DNA of 64,000 nt from an uncultured Holophaga sp. (GTDB lineage: Bacteria > Acidobacteriota > Holophagae > Holophagales > Holophagaceae), in the NCBI GenBank assembly GCA_963664825.1, contig OY761614.1:704001-768000 (forward strand), read 5' to 3'. Every line of letters starts with the position of its first letter. Positions within the stretch are counted from its first letter, which is position 1. Under the pieces are notes generated by a model. It was given only the letters and a program-made list of their open reading frames with translations, was not told the origin of the DNA and searched no databases. Below are positions 59,357 to 64,000 of this stretch, piece after piece. Position numbers and translations under genes: made by a program.

Positions 59357-60985
59357 GTATCGATTCACCCCCCTTGTCCCTGTGACCACGTAAGCCGGTG
59401 GCAGGCAGCCATGATGGGCTGGTGATGTCCCGCTTGCCCTGGCAGCCTCAGGCTGGTTCCAGTGCCGGTAGGGGCTGGTTGGATCGGGCGGAGTGGAGGG
59501 CCCTGAGCAGCCAGTCGAAGTAGGGGACGCCGCGGATGCGGGCGGTGGTGCCCAGGCTCAGGAGGCGTTCGAAGAATCGCTTTCCGTCCGCGCTGGGCAG
59601 TCGCTGGAAGATCCGCTTGAGGATCACGAGGGGGCGCAGGGCCCGCTCGGCCGCATTGTTCGTCGGCTCCACGCCCTCGACCTTCAGGAACACCCAGAGC
59701 TTGTCCCATTTCCGGAGGAGGTCCTTCCCGAGGTTTCGGGCGGCCTTGTGATCCATCGCGCTGGCCTGGATCAGACCGCGTTTGAGCCGCGCCAGATTGA
59801 TGGCGGTGCAGGCCCGGAGCTCTTTCCGGCTGATGTCGCCCGCCCGGAAGGTGTGCCACAGCGCAAAGATCTCCTCCTGCTCGGCGAGCAGTCGCTTTCC
59901 CAGTGCGGCCACCTCGGGCTTCTGGGATTCGCTCAGGGCGACGAACTCGCGGCGCAAATGGGCCCAGCAGAACTGGCGAACGGCAGATTTTAAGGCGTTG
60001 TAGGCGCCGTAGCGGTCCGTGCCAATCACGCCTTGGAAGTCCTCGGGAAGTATCGCCTTTAGGGCCCTCGCCCCACGGGTGTCACTGAAGTGGAAGAGGG
60101 CCGTACGGGCGGAAAGGGCCACCCAGATCCAGTCCCGGTCCTTCCGGCCGAAGCCGGTCTCGTCGAGGTTGAGCACATCCGCCGTACGGATCTGCTGGGA
60201 GAGGTCCTCCCAGGCGGGGAGTAGGTGGCTCCCCAGCGCCACACCGCTCTCGTGCAGCCAACCGCGTGAGACCGCTACGCCCGTCACCTCCGAGAGGAAA
60301 CGCTGGAGCGGCGTCAGGCTCATGCGGCCCTCTGTGCGCAGATAGGCCGCCGCAGCCTGAAGGCGCGGGCCGATCCCGCCCGGCGCAGCCTCTGGGGGAA
60401 GCGGCGCCTGCACCTTCCTCTGGCAGTGCGGGCAGATCCCCTCCTCCAGCGCGTAGGCGATGACTTCTGTGAGGCGCTGAGCCAGATCCACCACCCGGTG
60501 CAGGCGCGTCCCGGTGATGGCCCCTGAAGGAACCTCGCCTCGGCAGTGGGGGCAACAGGCGAGGGGCACCGAAACCGTACGGTCCTCGCTGCCTTCCGGC
60601 AGCATCACCCGAGCGGATCCCTTCCGTCCCGGTTGGCCGCCGCGCTTGCGCCCCGTGGGCGGCGCCGGTGGCTTGGGTGGCGCCGCGGGTCCGTCCGAAC
60701 TGGGGGGCTTGCTGCTGTTGCGACTGTCCTTCCCGAGGCGATCCTGGAGCGACTCCAGCAATTTTTCCAGGCGTTCCATCGCCTCCCGCAGGCAGACCAT
60801 TTCCGCACGCAGTTCCCCGTTCTCGGCAGCCAGGGCCAGATAACGCGGATCAGTCAGAACAGGATCAAGCTCCATCCTTCAGAATCTGACTGGTTTGAGA
60901 CCAAAGTACAAGCGAATTATTCACTTGCGGTGATTTTATCCTCAATCACGAGTTGAGCCTGCATGGGGGGGGGGTGAATCGATAC
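59357..60985 (-). mobile_element. IS66-family element (single-ORF type), intact
   Basis: TIR GTATCGATTCACCCCC at both ends; 8-bp duplication TCGGGGGC at 59349-59356 and 60986-60993. Confidence 0.95.
59448..60875 (-). CDS. IS66 transposase
   Basis: DSRNSSKPPSSD, CPHC zinc finger, LDETG, TDRYGAY, CWAHLRR, PTNNAAERALR. Confidence 0.95.
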   Translation of the reverse strand: MELDPVLTDPRYLALAAENGELRAEMVCLREAMERLEKLLESLQDRLGKDSRNSSKPPSSDGPAAPPKPPAPPTGRKRGGQPGRKGSARVMLPEGSEDRTVSVPLACCPHCRGEVPSGAITGTRLHRVVDLAQRLTEVIAYALEEGICPHCQRKVQAPLPPEAAPGGIGPRLQAAAAYLRTEGRMSLTPLQRFLSEVTGVAVSRGWLHESGVALGSHLLPAWEDLSQQIRTADVLNLDETGFGRKDRDWIWVALSARTALFHFSDTRGARALKAILPEDFQGVIGTDRYGAYNALKSAVRQFCWAHLRREFVALSESQKPEVAALGKRLLAEQEEIFALWHTFRAGDISRKELRACTAINLARLKRGLIQASAMDHKAARNLGKDLLRKWDKLWVFLKVEGVEPTNNAAERALRPLVILKRIFQRLPSADGKRFFERLLSLGTTARIRGVPYFDWLLRALHSARSNQPLPALEPA

Positions 60986-61585
60986 TCGGGGGCGATGGCG
61001 AGACCGTCTTCACCACCTCCATGGCGGGTTACCAGGAGATCCTCACGGACCCGAGCTTCCAGGGACAGATGGTCTGCATGACCTTTCCCGAGCAGGGGAT
61101 CTACGGCATCCACGAGGGCCTGAACGAGGCGGCCCGCCCCTGGGCCAGCGCCCTACTCTGTCGGCGCCTCACGAGCGTGCCCGATCATGTCTTCTCGGAG
61201 AGTTCCCTGGGCGCCTGGCTCCGCCGCCACCACGTGCCCGTCATGACCGAACTGGACACCCGCGCCCTCACACTCCACCTCCGGGATGGGGGAGCCCAGC
61301 CGGGTCTGATCTGGACCGAAGCCGAGGGCTCCCTGGAAGAGGGCCGCCTCCGGGCCGCCCAGCTCCCGGAGATGAGCGGCCAGGCCCTCGTCTCCCAGGT
61401 GAGCTGTTCCGACCATTACGAGATCCCCAATGCCGACGCCCAGTTCCGTGTGGCCGTGCTGGATGGGGGCATCAAGGCCTCCATCCTGAGGCAGCTCCAG
61501 GCCGCCGGGTTGCACCTGGAGGTCTTCCCCTGGGATACACCGGCGGCGGAACTCACGGAGGCCCGCTTCGGCGGGCTTTTTCTTA

Positions 61586-62915
61586 GGTTCTTCACGTTTT
61601 TCCGGGGAAGGCCGCACGGATCTTAAGGAAGAAGTAGCCCTCATCCCGGTAGCCGTAGGCGATGCGCTTGAGGACTTTGATCTTGTTGTTGATCCCTTCC
61701 TGGACGCTGGTATTGAGCGGCCAGCGGCAATGGGAGAGGATTCCGTCGATCCGCTGGGCGAGATTCTTGGCGAACTTCACGAGGGGCTGGAGTCCACTTG
61801 AGGTGGCGAGTTCCATCCAGTTCTCCCAGGCCTTCAGAGCCCAGCCCTCCCGCGTGTAGCGCCACAGTGCCTTCAGGGCGTCTTTCAGCACGTAGGCGGT
61901 CATCAGAGGCTGGTTCGCGTCCAATAACTCGTTGAGGCGGACTTTGGCATCCCGATTCGGCAGGTTCTCCCAATTGCCCAGCAGGAGCCACTTCGCGCCC
62001 TTGACGAGCTCCCGCGAGGCCTTGTCGTGCCGGTATCGATTGGCCTCATCCACCCGGATCCGGTCGATGACGTCATGGCCGTACTTTGCCACGACATGAA
62101 ACTGGTCGTAGACGATCTCGGCGTTGGGACAGCGCGCCCGGACTTCGCCTTCGAAGGCCGCCGACATGTCTATGCCCACGGCCTGGATCCGTTTGCAGCC
62201 CTTCTTCCCGATCAGATCGAAGAACGGGCGGATGTCCTCGCGGCCACGCCCTTTCCCGACCCAGAGCACGCGACGCGTTTCCGCATCCGTGATGACCGTG
62301 GCATAGCTCTGTCCCTTGTGGATGGCGAATTCGTCCATCAGAAGAAGCCTCGCCTTGCTCAGCTTCACGGGCCCAAGTTCTCGGTCCAGGTAAGCCTTGT
62401 CGATCGCCTTCACCGTGCCCCAGTGCAGGTCATAGTGCTCCGCGACCTGTTTGATGGGCATGACCTTGCAAAGCCGCGCCACGCTCGCGGCAAGCCGGTT
62501 CGTGATCCGGGCATGGGGCTCCAACCAGTCCAGGGCTTCCAGCTTCGGGCCGCACCGGGGGCAGGCTACTCGAGCCCGCCACACCACTAGGACTGTGTCG
62601 GCGTCGAACAGCGGAAGGTCGCGGATCTCCCGCTCTGACCAGTCGTGGACGCTCCGCACGAAATGCCCACAACCGCTGCACTTCCGGGGATGATCGCCGA
62701 ACCCAAGCAACTCGATCCACACCTCGGCCCGCGGCCCCTTCACCCCGGCTTCGAAGCGCTCCACGATTCCGACGCGTTGCCCTTTCCACCCGCCCAAGCG
62801 GGACATAAGCTCTTTGGTAGGCAGTGGCGGCCTCCTTCATCTCGAGTTCTCGACAAACCCAAGATGCCTGAAATCCGCCACTGCCGACCTACTTCACGCA
62901 AATCCGCGAAGAACC
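61586..62915 (-). mobile_element. ISL3-family element, intact
   Basis: TIR GGTTCTTC...GAAGAACC; 8-bp duplication TTTTCTTA at 61578-61585 and 62916-62923. Confidence 0.95.
61592..62806 (-). CDS. ISL3 transposase
   Basis: CSGC/CPRC, MDEFA, IDMS, YDQFHVV, EGINNKIKVLKRIAYGYR. Confidence 0.95.
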   Translation of the reverse strand: MSRLGGWKGQRVGIVERFEAGVKGPRAEVWIELLGFGDHPRKCSGCGHFVRSVHDWSEREIRDLPLFDADTVLVVWRARVACPRCGPKLEALDWLEPHARITNRLAASVARLCKVMPIKQVAEHYDLHWGTVKAIDKAYLDRELGPVKLSKARLLLMDEFAIHKGQSYATVITDAETRRVLWVGKGRGREDIRPFFDLIGKKGCKRIQAVGIDMSAAFEGEVRARCPNAEIVYDQFHVVAKYGHDVIDRIRVDEANRYRHDKASRELVKGAKWLLLGNWENLPNRDAKVRLNELLDANQPLMTAYVLKDALKALWRYTREGWALKAWENWMELATSSGLQPLVKFAKNLAQRIDGILSHCRWPLNTSVQEGINNKIKVLKRIAYGYRDEGYFFLKIRAAFPGKT

Positions 62916-63337
62916 TTTTCTTAGCAACGGCCCCGGGGACCCTTCCGCCCTCGCGGACATGCAGCGGGAGGTCACCGCCTGCCTGGGGAAGCTGCCCATC
63001 TTCGGCATCTGCCTGGGCCACCAACTGCTGGGCCACGCCTTCGGCGGCCGCACCTTCAAACTCAAGTATGGCCACCGGGGGGCCAACCAGCCTGTGTTGG
63101 AGCTGCGCACGGGCCGGGTCCAGATCACCGCCCAGAACCATGGCTTCGCCGTGGACGAGGGGAGCCTCCCCTCGGAGCTGGAAGTGACCCACCGCCACCT
63201 CAGCGATGGCACGGTGGAGGGCCTGCGGCACAGGAGCCTCCCCATCTTCAGCCTGCAGCACCACCCCGAGGCCAGCCCCGGTCCCCACGACGCCAGAAAC
63301 GCCTTCGGGGACTTCCTGCGGATGATGGAGGCCCACC

Positions 63338-64000
63338 ATGCCTAAGCGAAACGATATCCACAGCGTCCTCGTGCTGGGCTCTGGCCCCATCCAGATCGGC
63401 CAGGCCTGCGAATTCGACTACTCGGGAACTCAGGCCCTGAAGGCCCTGCGGGAGGAGGGCATCCGCACAATCCTGCTCAATTCCAACCCGGCCTCCATCA
63501 TGACCGACCCCAAGCGGGCCGACGCCACCTACATCGAACCCCTCACGCTGCCGGTGCTGGAGAAGATCCTGGAGCGGGAGAAGCCCGATGCCATCCTGCC
63601 CACGGTAGGCGGCCAGACGGCCCTCAATCTCGCATTGCAGGCCGCCAAAACGGGCCTCTTGGCCAGGTACGGCGTGGTGCTCATCGGCGCCCAGGTGGAG
63701 GCCATCGAGCGCGGCGAGGACCGGGCCCAGTTCAAGCAGCTGATGGACGAACTGGGTCTGGAGACCTGCCGGGGCGGCTTCGCCCACACCCTCGACGAGG
63801 GTCGGGAGATCGTCGCCACCACGGGCTTTCCCGCCATCCTGCGGCCCTCCTTCACCCTGGGGGGCAGCGGCGGCGGCATCGCCTACAACATCGACGAATT
63901 CGAGACGATCCTGAGGGGGGGCCTGGAGCTCTCCCCCATCCACCAGGTGCTGGTGGAGGAGAGCATCCTGGGCTGGAAGGAATTCGAACTGGAAGTAGTG
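63338..64000 (+). CDS. carB: Carbamoyl-phosphate synthase large subunit (3'-partial)
   Basis: [49 protein letters not shown]. Confidence 0.97.
   Translation, partial: MPKRNDIHSVLVLGSGPIQIGQACEFDYSGTQALKALREEGIRTILLNSNPASIMTDPKRADATYIEPLTLPVLEKILEREKPDAILPTVGGQTALNLALQAAKTGLLARYGVVLIGAQVEAIERGEDRAQFKQLMDELGLETCRGGFAHTLDEGREIVATTGFPAILRPSFTLGGSGGGIAYNIDEFETILRGGLELSPIHQVLVEESILGWKEFELEVV

Larger units (their letters stand above)
59288..63345 (+). pseudogene. carA: Carbamoyl-phosphate synthase small subunit, split by IS66 and ISL3
   Basis: 59288-59356 + 60994-61585 + 62924-63345 rejoin in frame: LILQDGTTFRG..GETVFTTSMAGYQE..LFLSNGPGDP..GICLGHQ..QHHPEASPGP. Confidence 0.95.

Overview
GC-rich bacterial chromosome segment; gene content suggests an anaerobic Acidobacterium of the Holophaga/Geothrix type (inference only). 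1-38 kb is mostly housekeeping: sdaAA, a four-subunit 2-oxoacid:ferredoxin oxidoreductase, rplM-rpsI, rpsB-tsf, fabD, ffh-rpsP-khpA-rimM, lysS, two RND efflux operons, DEAD-box and RecQ helicases, and one intact IS4. 41.4-55.7 kb, around a tRNA-Ser(CGA), holds remnants of Mu-like transposable phages. There are three co-oriented copies of a Mu-type right end (41374, 44181, 50766). One element (50766-55706) is a fully delimited 4.9-kb 'mini-Mu' with TGT...ACA termini and a 5-bp CAGAC duplication. It keeps repressor, Ner, capsid and head-completion genes but has no transposase. A second remnant carries terminase and an in-frame portal::Hint fusion. At the right end, carA is split by an IS66 and an ISL3, upstream of carB. 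Other candidates are an unannotated ncRNA between ffh and lysS, uORF/attenuator leaders before carA and rsgA, and several small ORFs. All family assignments come from motif recognition by eye; no database search was run.
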